Below are positions 39,395-50,539 of a stretch of DNA of 64,000 nucleotides, piece by piece. A model generated the notes under the pieces. It searched no databases. It saw only the letters and a list, made by a program, of their open reading frames with translations, and was not told where the DNA came from. Position numbers and translations under genes: made by a program. Numbering within the stretch: position 1 is the stretch's first letter; every line of letters begins with the position of its first letter. The stretch lies in NCBI GenBank assembly GCA_002269645.1, contig NIVC01000249.1:248001-312000 (forward strand). Reading direction: 5' to 3'. Source of the DNA: Macrostomum lignano (lineage: Eukaryota).

Positions 39395-41860
39395 CCTACA
39401 AGAAACGCCCCCTCTAAGAATCGCCACCTCAAATAATCGCCCTCCAACAATCGCACTGTCGATAATTTCCCTCCAAGAGTCGCCCATTCAAGAATCGCCC
39501 TTCAAGAATCCCCATCAAAAAATCTCTCCCTATACGAATCGCCCCTCCAAGAATCGCCCCCTAAAAAAATCGCCCCTCAAGAAATCGCCCCTCCAAGAAT
39601 CTAAGAATCGCTTCTCCAAGAATCGCCCTACAAAAATCGCCTCTCCAAGAATCGCCCTACAAGAATCGCCCTAAAAGAATCGCCCCTCCAAGAATCGCCC
39701 CCTCAAAAAATCGCCCCTCAAGGAATCGCCCCTCCAAGAATCTAAGAATCGCCCTACAAAAATCGCCTCTCCAAGAATCGCTTCTCCAAGAATCGCCCTA
39801 CAAGAATCGCCCTACAAAAATCGCCTCTCCAAGAATCGCTTCTCCAAGAATCGCCCTACAAGAATCGCCCTACAAAAATCACGTCTCCAAGAATCGCTCT
39901 ATAATAGTCGCCTCTCCAAGAATCGCCCCTCCAATAATTGCTCTCCAAGACTCGCCCCTCCAAGAATCGCCCCCTTAAAAAATCGCCCCTCAAGGAATCG
40001 CCCCTCCAAGAATCTAAGAATCGCCCTACAAGAATCGCCCAACAAAAATCGCATCTCCAAGAATCGCCCTAAAAGAATCGCCCTACAAGAATCGCCCTAC
40101 AAAAATCACCTCTCCAAGAATCGCTCTATAATAGTCGCCTCTCCAAGAATCGCCCCTCCAATAATTGCTCTCCAAGACTCGCCCCTCCAAGAATCGCCCC
40201 CTTAAAAAATCGCCCCTCAAGGAATCGCCCCTCCAAGAATCTAAGAATCGCCCTACAAGAATCGCCCAACAAAAATCGCATCTCCAAGAATCGCCCTAAA
40301 AGAATCGCCCTACAAGAATCGCCCTACAAAAATCACCTCTCCAAGAATCGCTCTATAATAGTCGCCTCTCCAAGAATCGCCCCTCCAATAATTGCTCTCC
40401 AAGACTCGCCCCTCCAAGAATCGCCCCCTCAAAAAATCGCCCCTCAAGGAATCGCCCCTCCAAGAATCTAAGAATCGCCCTACAAGAATCGCCCAACAAA
40501 AATCGCATCTCCAAGAATCGCCCTAAAAGAATCGCCCTACAAGAATCGCCCTACAAAAATCACCTCTCCAAGAATCGCTCTATAATAGTCGCCTCTCCAA
40601 GAATCGCCCCTCCAATAATTGCTCTCCAAGACTCGCCCCTCCAAGAATCGCCCCCTCAAAAAATCGCCCCTCAAGGAATCGCCCCTCCAAGAATCTAAGA
40701 ATCGCCCTACAAGAATCGCCCAACAAAAATCGCATCTCCAAGAATCGCCCTAAAAGAATCGCCCTACAAGAATCGCCCTACAAAAATCACCTCTCCAAGA
40801 ATCGCTCTATAATAGTCGCCTCTCCAAGAATCGCCCCTCCAATAATTGCTCTCCAAGACTCGCCCCTCCAAGAATCGCCCCCTCAAAAAATCGCCCCTCA
40901 AGGAATCGCCCCTCCAAGAATCTAAGAATCGCCCTACAAGAATCGCCCAACAAAAATCGCATCTCCAAGAATCGCCCTAAAAGAATCGCCCTACAAGAAT
41001 CGCCCTACAAAAATCACCTCTCCAAGAATCGCTCTATAATAGTCGCCTCTCCAAGAATCGCCCCTCCAATAATTGCTCTCCAAGACTCGCCCCTCCAAGA
41101 ATCGCCCCCTCAAAAAATCGCCCCTCAAGGAATCGCCCCTCCAAGAATCTAAGAATCGCCCTACAAGAATCGCCCAACAAAAATCGCATCTCCAAGAATC
41201 GCCCTAAAAGAATCGCCCTACAAGAATCGCCCTACAAAAATCACCTCTCCAAGAATCGCTCTATAATAGTCGCCTCTCCAAGAATCGCCCCTCCAATAAT
41301 TGCTCTCCAAGACTCGCCCCTCCAAGAATCGCCCCCTCAAAAAATCGCCCCTCAAGGAATCGCCCCTCCAAGAATCTAAGAATCGCCCTACAAGAATCGC
41401 CCAACAAAAATCGCATCTCCAAGAATCGCCCTAAAAGAATCGCCCTACAAGAATCGCCCTACAAAAATCACCTCTCCAAGAATCGCTCTATAATAGTCGC
41501 CTCTCCAAGAATCGCCCCTCCAATAATTGCTCTCCAAGACTCGCCCCTCCAAGAATCGCCCCCTCAAAAAATCGCCCCTCCAAGAATCTAAGAATCGCCC
41601 TACAAGAATCGCCCAACAAAAATCGCCTCTCCAAGAATCGCCCTAAAAGAATCGCCCCTCCAAGAATCTAAGAATCGCCCTACAAAAATCGCCTCTCCAA
41701 GAATCGCCCTACAAGAATCGCTTCTCCAAGAATCGCCCGCCCCTCCAATAATCGCTCTACAAGAATCCCCCTACATAAATCGCCCCTACAATAATCGCCC
41801 TACAAGAATCGCCCTACAAGAAATGGCCCTACAAGAATCGCTCCTCCAAGAGTCTAAAAA
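39395..41860. repeat. Intronic satellite (aagaatcgccc core, ~14-16 bp subunits) with a 227-bp higher-order repeat
   Basis: The marker gcatctcc recurs at 40051, 40278, 40505, 40732, 40959, 41186 and 41413, i.e. a period of exactly 227. Confidence 0.95.
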
Positions 41861-41913
41861 TCGCCCACCCCGCTCCCCATCAGCCAGACTCCAATCTCTC
41901 CTTGGCCCCGCAG

Positions 41914-42514
41914 GTGCCCGGAGAAGTTCAAAATCGCCTGCCTGTCGGACATCCGCTCGCTGTTCCCCGACGGCAACCCGTTCTACGCCGGCTTCGGCAA
42001 CCGCGACACCGACGCCCTGAGCTACACGGCTGTCGGCATGGCGCCTCAGCGCATCTTCATCATCAACCCCAGCAGCCAGGTCAGCCACCGCCACTCGCTG
42101 GTGCAGTCCACCAGCTACAAGGAGCTGGGCGCCCACGTCGATCTGTACTTCCCCTGCCTGCCGGGCTCGCAGCACCATCAGCGACTGCAGCGGCACCAGC
42201 ATCAGCACGATGGCGAGTCCGAGTTCAACGACTTCTCCTACTGGCGACAGCCGATGCCCGACGCTCCGCCTCCGCCTCCGCCTCCACCATCATCGCCGGC
42301 GGCTGCCACCGCCGCCGCCGCCGCCGCCGCTCCAGTGGCGCCGGCGTCTCCGACTTCTTCAACCAGTCCGGTTCCGCCGGTTGTCATGGTAACTGACGAG
42401 TCTGCGACGACGTCGGCTGGGGCGGCTGTGGTGGTCGACGAGCCGTCCAGTTCACCGCCTGTCAGTGCACCTGCCGCTGCCGCCGGTGCTGACTCTCAGC
42501 AGTCGGCTCAGTGA
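41914..42514 (+). CDS. LPIN: Lipin coding exon 2 (rest of C-LIP domain plus Pro/Ala-rich tail); spliced protein 989 aa
   Basis: Acceptor ctctccttggccccgcag| at 41913. Splicing gives EVIEK|CPEKFKIACLSDIRSLFPDGNPFYAGFGNRDTD..YTAVG...IFIINP. The CDS totals 2369+601=2970 nt, in frame. Confidence 0.95.
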
Positions 42515-42634
42515 GCCGTGAGTTGAGTGCAAGAACCCTGTTTTTTCTAAGAAAGACAGATGGCAGGAGACATTTTGGCTATCGGTTCTAGATCTCGTTC
42601 ATCGCGGCAATAACATTCCCAATTCGTGGATTGG

Positions 42635-43110
42635 CTCCACCAACTCCAAATCTCACCCCATCGTCTCTCTTCAACTCCAAATCTCACCCCATCGTCTCTC
42701 TTCAACTCCAAATCTCACCCCATCGTCTCTCTTTCCTCCAACTCTAAATCTCACCCCATCGTCTCTCTTTCCGCCAACTCCAAATCTCACCTATCGTCTC
42801 TCTTTCCTCCAAATCTCACCCCATCGTTTCTCTCCCACAACTCCAAATCTCACCCCATCGTCTCTCTCCTAACTCCAAATCTCACCCCATCGTCTCTCTC
42901 CTAACTCCAAATCTCACCCCATCGTCTCTCTCCTAACTCCAAATCTCACCCCATCGTCTCTCTCCTAACTCCAAATCTCACCCCATCGTCTCTCTCTCCT
43001 CCAACTCCAAATCTCACCCATCGTCTCTCTTCAACTCCAAATCTCACCCCACCGTCTCCTTCCAACTCCAAATCTCACCATCCTCATCGTCTCTCGACCC
43101 CCCACCTTAA
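42635..43110. repeat. ~32-bp minisatellite (aactccaaatctcaccccatcgtctctctcct)
   Basis: Direct tandem units just downstream of the lipin stop. Confidence 0.93.
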
Positions 43111-43527
43111 CTCCAAATCTCATCTCTATCCTTATTTGTATTTCACCCAATTTATAGAACTGTCGTCATTATCTGCGTCTTCTACTGTAAGTAGCATAAA
43201 CTGTTTTTTACCATATTTCCGAGTATTCAATTATTGTACGTTTAAAATTTAAAGTTCGTCAAAATAATCTTTTCAACGCGATTTAATTCTTATCTTTCTG
43301 AATTTCTTTCATTTTTTCTTTGTTTTCAGTGGTTTTTTCTTTTCTTTTTTTATGTACGACGATTAATACGTAGTGCCAGTACTGTGTACTGTGTGCCAGG
43401 ACTCGGTGGCTTTCAGTATTTAATTGGCAACTTGTCTCTTGATTTGTGCAAACGCTTTGGGCTCTTTTTTTAAAATCTCGTCACGCCTTGTCTTCTGTAT
43501 CTATACAGAATTGCTCTCGGTCAGGAT

Positions 43528-44095
43528 TTGTCTAGATCTGGTCACTGCTTGTCTAGATCTGGTCATTGCTTGTCTAGATCTGGTCATTGCTTTGTCTAGA
43601 TCTGGTCATTGCTTGTCTAGATCTGATCATTGCTTGTCTAGATCTGATCATTGCTTGTCTAGATCTGGTCACTGCTTGTATAGGCCTGGTCATTGCTTGT
43701 CTAGATCTGGTCATTGCTTGTCTAGATCTGATCATTGCTTGTCTAGATCTGGTCATTGCTTGTCTAGATCTGGTCCTTGCCTGTCTAGATCTGGTCATTG
43801 CTTGTCTAGATCTGGTCCTTGCCTGTCTAGATCTGGTCATTGCTTGTCTAGATCTAGTCATTGCTTGTCTAGATCTGGTCATTGCTTGTCTAGATCTGGT
43901 CATTGCTTGTTTAGATCTGGTCATTGCTTGTCTAGATCTGGTCATTGCTTGTCTAGATCTGGTCACTGCTTGTCTAGATCTAGTAGCTGCTTGTCTAGAT
44001 CTGGTCATTGCTTGTCTAGATCTTGTCATTGCTTGTTTAGATCTGGTCATTGCTTGTCTAGATCTGGTCATTGTTTGTCTAGATCTGGTCATTGC
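43528..44095. repeat. 21-bp minisatellite (tgcttgtctagatctggtcat)
   Basis: About 27 direct units, each containing overlapping TCTAGA/AGATCT palindromes. Confidence 0.95.
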
Positions 44096-44919
44096 TCGTT
44101 GATTTTGTCGGATTTATTGCTGCATTGTTTTTGTTATCAGTGTCAGATCATATTTGATTTTATTAACAACCAAATCTTTGATGCATTGATTGATTGATTA
44201 GCAGAAATTGCCACCCTTAAACTTAAATCTCTTTAGATTTGATTTAATCGCTAATCAGCGCGTGTTACTACTTATATTTAGTAACGAAACTGTTAACGCT
44301 TTCATTTATAGTGCAAATACATTGCAAACTGCAACCCAGCCTGGCCAGTGAGCGCGGTTCGAACCTCGAACCGCTGTGACAATTTAGACTACAAGAATAC
44401 ATAATATAAATTTTGTTTTTTTCTTCTGGAGTTTGGCCAGCAACTTTTAAAGATTATTAAGATGAAAATTTAACTGCCATACTAATTAACTCCGGGTGTT
44501 CATTTAAAAAAAATCAGTTAAACAGTTAAACAAAGAAAAATTTAAATTTTGCGAATAATGCACTTTTGATTCTGAATTTCCTAACGTGTTTTGCGTCACA
44601 GGTTTATTTAATTAAGTCAATTTGTATTGAATATAGATTAGATTATCAAGAATAATATCTCTTATAGGTTGCATACTCAATAATTAATTTAATTTAAATT
44701 ATTCATTATTAATGAGCTCTCTCGTCTTTACTTAACCATACGAGTGCGCTAATTTATACTTCCTATCCTATAATAATAGTATTACACATAAATGCCGCAC
44801 GCAAAACAACAAAACGGGAGTTGCATGAAATGAAGCTTTCGGTAGTTAATAATGGCAGGATAAGACAGTAATCCGGACAGGATGTCAGGTAATTAGTTCC
44901 AGAGTCCAGGTAGGCCTCC

Positions 44920-45117
44920 TCAGATGCCGATTCGGATGTGCTGCACGATCTCGAAGATGGCCGAGCCGCACACGACAAAAACGAAGACGCCGAGTAGCCA
45001 GGCGCTAACGGGCGGCCCGTCGCTCTTGGTCTTGAGCGATTTGGGAATGTTGCCACGCTGTGTGATGTTGTTGCTGGCCCGCTCGTTCATTATTCGCATT
45101 CTCTGCTTGGGCGCCAT
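44920..45117 (-). CDS. SERP1: Stress-associated ER protein 1 / RAMP4, 65 aa
   Basis: MAPKQRMRIMNERASNNITQRGNIPKS...PVSAWLLGVFVFVVCGSAIFEIV matches the RAMP4 family signature and C-terminal TM helix. Confidence 0.95.
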   Translation of the reverse strand: MAPKQRMRIMNERASNNITQRGNIPKSLKTKSDGPPVSAWLLGVFVFVVCGSAIFEIVQHIRIGI

Positions 45118-45364
45118 TTGATTTCTGTTGCAGTTTGATGAAGGCTCTGCACTCCTTTATTTGCTTGCGTTATTGCTGCGGTAGTTAGAGGCGGTGAAGA
45201 GAAAGGCTTGGTTCAGCAAACCGCGGGCCTCTAAATAGGCGAAGCTAGAAAGGCTTAGAACAGTTTGTGCGGTAGCCGAACTCTTACACAGGGCTAGTGC
45301 TGAATCACGCTCAATTGCTTACCCTTAGGCCCCCAAGTGGGCGGCAAGAGTTTGACGGCTCAAA

Positions 45365-46367
45365 GAGCGGGCGGCCTCGGAGAGGGGGTCTGAATGTACA
45401 ATCAGGGCGGGGGTTGCCTCCCGATATCTATTTTTAGAACAATTGTGCAAAGCACAACGTGCTGCCCCGGCCCGGGCTTCGCGCACGTGGGGTCTATCAG
45501 CGCACGTCGCGCGCAATGGAAAATTCCTCTGTATTTCCGAAGCCCGAGCTGTTGTCCCTCTATGCGTACATTTGAGATAAGCTTGTGGGATGACCGTGGA
45601 GGCACTTCTCAATGCAACCAACCGCCAGATTCTGCGTGGGTGTGCTGTGGAAGATTCTAGAAGACGGGGGACAGAAAATAAGTTTGCTAACTCTTCCTCT
45701 CTACCACGTACATTTATATCGGGGGAGTATGGACGAAAATTGTGTTGGGGATTTCCTAACATGGAAAGGGGAATAAGGGACGGGCATTTGAGTGCTCAAG
45801 TCCCCTGGAGTGAAGGCGCAGTATTGCCATTCTAGCTCGTGGAATAGATTTGCTGACAAAAGCAAAATTTCTGCCTCAACTACTAACCCTGGTAGAATAT
45901 TTTGCCAAGTAAGCACTTTCATAGCTGTACGTTCAAAGCCAGAGCGCGTGACTGCATTGCTGCTTTTGCGCAAAACATATTTCCTGATACAGCAAAATAA
46001 TTGCTTTCAATTCGACGGATCATTTTCATGGAATGGTTATCTGTCTTTTTTACGCAGTTTTTTAGTTCATTGCTGCAATTACTGTGAATTACGAAGCTAT
46101 TAATTGCTGTAAATTGTAATCGATTAGGCTACATACATGTAATTATAAATTAACCAAAGCGGTGTCACGTAGCTCTTTAGACTCGGTTTCAGCCTCCATT
46201 GTCTTCAACAGTTCCCCTAATTACATGCAGTGGAAGATGAATACTCGCGGGACCAGAAGCAGTCTTGTCAGGCCTTCAAAACACTGGAGTTCTCGCCTAC
46301 TGTCGCACAAATTCTACAGATTAACAACTTCTTTTGTACACTGTAGATGCAAAAATGACCCGACCCG
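45365..46367 (+). repeat. 1003-bp duplicated segment, copy 1 (continues uninterrupted as gacccg|ggcttccggg)
   Basis: Matches 49537-50539 at a constant offset of 4172; ORF translations inside the two copies are identical. Confidence 0.93.
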
Positions 46368-46723
46368 GGCTTCCGGGCTTCTTGCCGTTTTTCAGTCGAG
46401 TGACGGTGGAGACAATTCTGGATTTGCGTTATTTTATTCGTACTGAAATCTATCGCTGTACACATTCTCCTACTTTTAAGTAGCATTATTGAAACATGAC
46501 GATGTTGATAATATTGTTATTTCTCTTGCTTGTTTGTACAGTCGAAAGGAAATTGAGTTAGACGCTTTTTTTGTGCAATTTATTGGCAAATAGTTCTTTA
46601 TTTTCACTCTTGCTATATCTCGTTTATTTATTTGGGTCTCAAGACTTTTCAAGAATAAGACCTGCAAAACACGCGGGGCTACCTGCCTACATTTTTAACG
46701 CTTTCAAATCCTCGGCTGGCTTT

Positions 46724-47695
46724 TTAAGGGAAGCCAGGGATGCTAACGCTGCCGAGGACCTTAGACAGCTCGTGACGGATCGGCGACTCGATGGCAGCTA
46801 CAATTTGGTGCTGGACGGCGTTCACAACGACGTTGGCCACCGGCGTAAGGATCCAGTCCAGAGGGCCGAGGCCGCTGATGCTGACGGCAACTGGGCTGCC
46901 CTCGCTGATGGCGAAGTGATCCAGTCTCGGGCTCGAGCCGGCCGCGACGTCGGCGCTGACGCGGAAGACGATTCGGATTCGGGAGACCAGGAAAGAGATG
47001 CCGGCGTTGACGCCGATGTCCATGAACTCGGCGCGGGAGTCGAAGCTTCCACGGATGTTGTCAATGCCAATGACGCAGCCGACGACAACGTTGGTGCCCT
47101 GCGCGCTGATGATGCAGTTTCCGGCCCTGTGGATGGTGGACAGACCGTAGGCCAGACCGTTGTACAACCTGGCGCTGCCCCACACGGTGACCAGAAGGAT
47201 CTTCTTAGAGAAGCTGACCCGCTGCTCTGGAATGCTGATCGGGTCCAGGTTGTTGGCGTGGATGAGCGGCCTCAGGCTGGCCATCAGCCTATCGACGTAG
47301 TTGTTGGCGCTTTCATCGACGGGTCGGAGGCGGTTGCTGCTGTAGGGGAGCATGCCGCCCAGGATGTCGCGCAGGTCCACCTTGGCAAGCTCGTTGTTGA
47401 TGACCGTGCGCAGGATGCGGTTGACCTCGGGCAGCAGGTTGCCCTTCAGCCTGTCGTAGATCAGCTTGCCCATGGCGTTCAGCAGGGTGTTGACCACGCT
47501 ACCGAGGTTGCCGCCGCCGACGATGCCCTCCAGGTACATCTGCACCTGAGAGAAGGTCAGGTCGACTTGCAAGTTGTTCAGTTGAACACGGGTGAAGTCC
47601 TCGATGGACACGGAAGCCACGAAGCGAATGCTCAGGTCGTTGATTTGGATGGCAGCCGGACCGCTGCCGTACAGCGGGAAGATCAGAATCTTGCC
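46724..47695 (-). CDS. JHBP/takeout + Der p 7 (Grp7 allergen)-like secreted lipid-binding protein, exon 2
   Basis: Acceptor ...ccaccag|GGC AAG ATT at 47696/47695 is in frame with ORF 46724..47620. It encodes the rest of the JHBP domain (GKILIFPLYGSG) and a second domain, ANNYVDRLM...LDPISIP...GLSTIHRAG. Confidence 0.8.
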   Translation of the reverse strand, partial: GKILIFPLYGSGPAAIQINDLSIRFVASVSIEDFTRVQLNNLQVDLTFSQVQMYLEGIVGGGNLGSVVNTLLNAMGKLIYDRLKGNLLPEVNRILRTVINNELAKVDLRDILGGMLPYSSNRLRPVDESANNYVDRLMASLRPLIHANNLDPISIPEQRVSFSKKILLVTVWGSARLYNGLAYGLSTIHRAGNCIISAQGTNVVVGCVIGIDNIRGSFDSRAEFMDIGVNAGISFLVSRIRIVFRVSADVAAGSSPRLDHFAISEGSPVAVSISGLGPLDWILTPVANVVVNAVQHQIVAAIESPIRHELSKVLGSVSIPGFP

Positions 47696-48035
47696 CTGGT
47701 GGTGGGGTTGATGAGTACATGTTTAGTGGCTCGGATGCTTCACGTCCGTCTGTATACAGTAAAGAGGCTTTCGATAGATTATGGAATATAATCCTTCTGG
47801 TTTAAACTTTTTCTTCTGGTTTATAATTATTCTAGTGCCCCTAAGTACTAAGGACTCAAGAAGTCTAGTCATTGGAAGGCGCTTCAGAACGGCCCTGCTG
47901 TGAGCAAGGAATTTGATTTCCTCAGAAGCAGGCCGACTTGCAGGAGAAACTCTACAGTCTATAAGCCTACAGTTGAGGGTAAATATTGATTCTCACACGC
48001 TTACAACTTTCTCTGTAAGCTTAAAAACAACTCAC

Positions 48036-48419
48036 GTCCAGATTGTAATCGGCTCGGGCCGCCACCTGCGGGAAGAACAGGTCGAGCTCGATGCTCATGC
48101 TGCCAGTGTGGCCCTTGGCATCGCGCACGACAAAGGAGGACAGGCCGTTCATGACGAAGTTGCGCATGTTGAGCTTGACGTCGGCGACGCCCTCTTTAAT
48201 CCGGGGGATGTCGATGACCGGCAGAGACAGCGGCTCAAGCGGCGGGATCATCAGCTCGGGGATTCCGTGCGGCATCGCCTGGCGCAGGTTCTCCAGAGTG
48301 GCCTTGATGTAGATGCTGATGGTGTCCAGGTCCGGGTCGGACAGAGGCGTCTCGGCAGTGCGGCAGCTGACCGCTGCCAGCAGGCAGCAGGCGACGGCGA
48401 GGCTCAGTAGTTTTAGCAT
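48036..48419 (-). CDS. JHBP/takeout + Der p 7-like protein, exon 1 (signal peptide + JHBP N-half); spliced protein 451 aa
   Basis: ATG at 48419 directly follows a cag acceptor. Signal peptide MLKLLSLAVACCLLAAVSC; takeout/JHBP motif GIPELMIPPLEPL; donor GAC|GTGAG at 48035 (phase 0). Confidence 0.85.
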
Positions 48420-49249
48420 CTGTGCGGGGACGAGAAATGCACGATGGGCGTCACAGAATCGCATTAAAGATTTTACACTATAGGCTGAAAGGTTGATTCG
48501 AACCCCAATTCTCTGTAGATCGAGATTCAACTTTACCAAGCGAAGCAGAGAAGCTCGGGTTACATTTGCAGGATTGATACTACACATTTAAGAGGTGAAC
48601 ACAGGTAGACTTACCTTCGTCAATATAGGTTTAGAACTAATAATTAACTTTTTACTGAAGTCTCGCCTACACTACTGAGACCTATAGAAGCAGAGCGTTG
48701 GTCCGACTCGCGCCTTTTTGTAAGGCGAGAGATGAGACCGCATGGGTCCACGGTGAGGCGCCCGGCACCTCGGACCACCGCGCCCTCTGCCTGGCACGCG
48801 CTGGCCGGCTGTCTTGGGTGAGATACGAATGGGATTGACATGCTACAGGCACTGCAGTGTGCAGTGGGAACCGCGGCAGAAGCGACTGAAAAGAGACAGA
48901 GGCAGTTGGACAGGTTGAGAACCCCCTGTGTGCCGTAGTCAGCTGGCGGACCGCAGCGCAGCGCGGTGTCAAGCGTCCAAAGTGGCCAGATCTTTTTCTG
49001 CTTTAAATGATTCAAGATAAAAGTCTAGAGTATTAAAATCTCATGATTGCTATGTTTACTAAGATTGGAGTTCTAAAAATGCTTATCCTACAATGAGAAT
49101 TTTTCTGCTGATGCTATTGTCTATACTCGTATTTGCCTTTGTGTTACTGTAATTGACGTGTGTTTACTTATTTATTTATTACATCAAGACCAACTGACTA
49201 GCCATCCCAGTCATGCGATCAGACCCTCATGAACTTTAACCCTAACCAA

Positions 49250-49530
49250 TAACCCTCCCACAGTCAGGCCACCAGACCCCTATGACCCCAAACCCAGGCC
49301 ACCAGACCCCTATGAGCCCCACAGTCAGGCCACCAGACCCCTATGAGCCCCACAGTCAGGCCACCAGACCCCTATGACCCCAAACCCAGGCCACCAGACC
49401 CCTATGAGCCCCACAGTCAGGCCACCAGACCCCTATGAGCCCCACAGTCAGGCCACCAGACCCCTATGACCCCAAACCCAGGCCACCAGACCCCTATGAG
49501 CCCCACAGTCAGGCCACCAGACCCCTAAGA
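49250..49530. repeat. ~31-bp minisatellite (ccagacccctatga[gccccacagt|ccccaaacc]caggcca)
   Basis: Direct tandem units of two alternating variants. Confidence 0.9.
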
Positions 49531-49536
49531 CCCAAT

Positions 49537-50539
49537 GAGCGGGCGGCCTCGGAGAGGGGGTCTGAATGTACAATCAGGGCGGGGGTTGCCTCCCGATATC
49601 TATTTTTAGAACAATTGTGCAAAGCACAACGTGCTGCCCCGGCCCGGGCTTCGCGCACGTGGGGTCTATCAGCGCACGTCGCGCGCAATGGAAAATTCCT
49701 CTGTATTTCCGAAGCCCGAGCTGTTGTCCCTCTATGCGTACATTTGAGATAAGCTTGTGGGATGACCGTGGAGGCACTTCTCAATGCAACCAACCGCCAG
49801 ATTCTGCGTGGGTGTGCTGTGGAAGATTCTAGAAGACGGGGGACAGAAAATAAGTTTGCTAACTCTTCCTCTCTACCACGTACATTTATATCGGGGGAGT
49901 ATGGACGAAAATTGTGTTGGGGATTTCCTAACATGGAAAGGGGAATAAGGGACGGGCATTTGAGTGCTCAAGTCCCCTGGAGTGAAGGCGCAGTATTGCC
50001 ATTCTAGCTCGTGGAATAGATTTGCTGACAAAAGCAAAATTTCTGCCTCAACTACTAACCCTGGTAGAATATTTTGCCAAGTAAGCACTTTCATAGCTGT
50101 ACGTTCAAAGCCAGAGCGCGTGACTGCATTGCTGCTTTTGCGCAAAACATATTTCCTGATACAGCAAAATAATTGCTTTCAATTCGACGGATCATTTTCA
50201 TGGAATGGTTATCTGTCTTTTTTACGCAGTTTTTTAGTTCATTGCTGCAATTACTGTGAATTACGAAGCTATTAATTGCTGTAAATTGTAATCGATTAGG
50301 CTACATACATGTAATTATAAATTAACCAAAGCGGTGTCACGTAGCTCTTTAGACTCGGTTTCAGCCTCCATTGTCTTCAACAGTTCCCCTAATTACATGC
50401 AGTGGAAGATGAATACTCGCGGGACCAGAAGCAGTCTTGTCAGGCCTTCAAAACACTGGAGTTCTCGCCTACTGTCGCACAAATTCTACAGATTAACAAC
50501 TTCTTTTGTACACTGTAGATGCAAAAATGACCCGACCCG
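49537..50539 (+). repeat. 1003-bp duplicated segment, copy 2, interrupted at 50539 by the Polinton-like element
   Basis: Identity to 45365-46367 stops abruptly at gacccgacccg|agtagtagg. Confidence 0.93.

Noticed and set aside
45365-46380. Duplicated 1-kb segment as a Helitron (GC hairpin cccgg-gctt-ccggg at 46364-46377)
   Set aside because: No CTRR 3' terminus after the hairpin and no TC 5' terminus.
28643-48587. Antisense and alternative-frame ORFs overlapping RhoGAP, lipin and the JHBP-like gene (e.g. 37481..38440, 38585..39487, 46571..47791)
   Set aside because: Shadow ORFs expected from GC-rich third codon positions; the true frames carry the family motifs.
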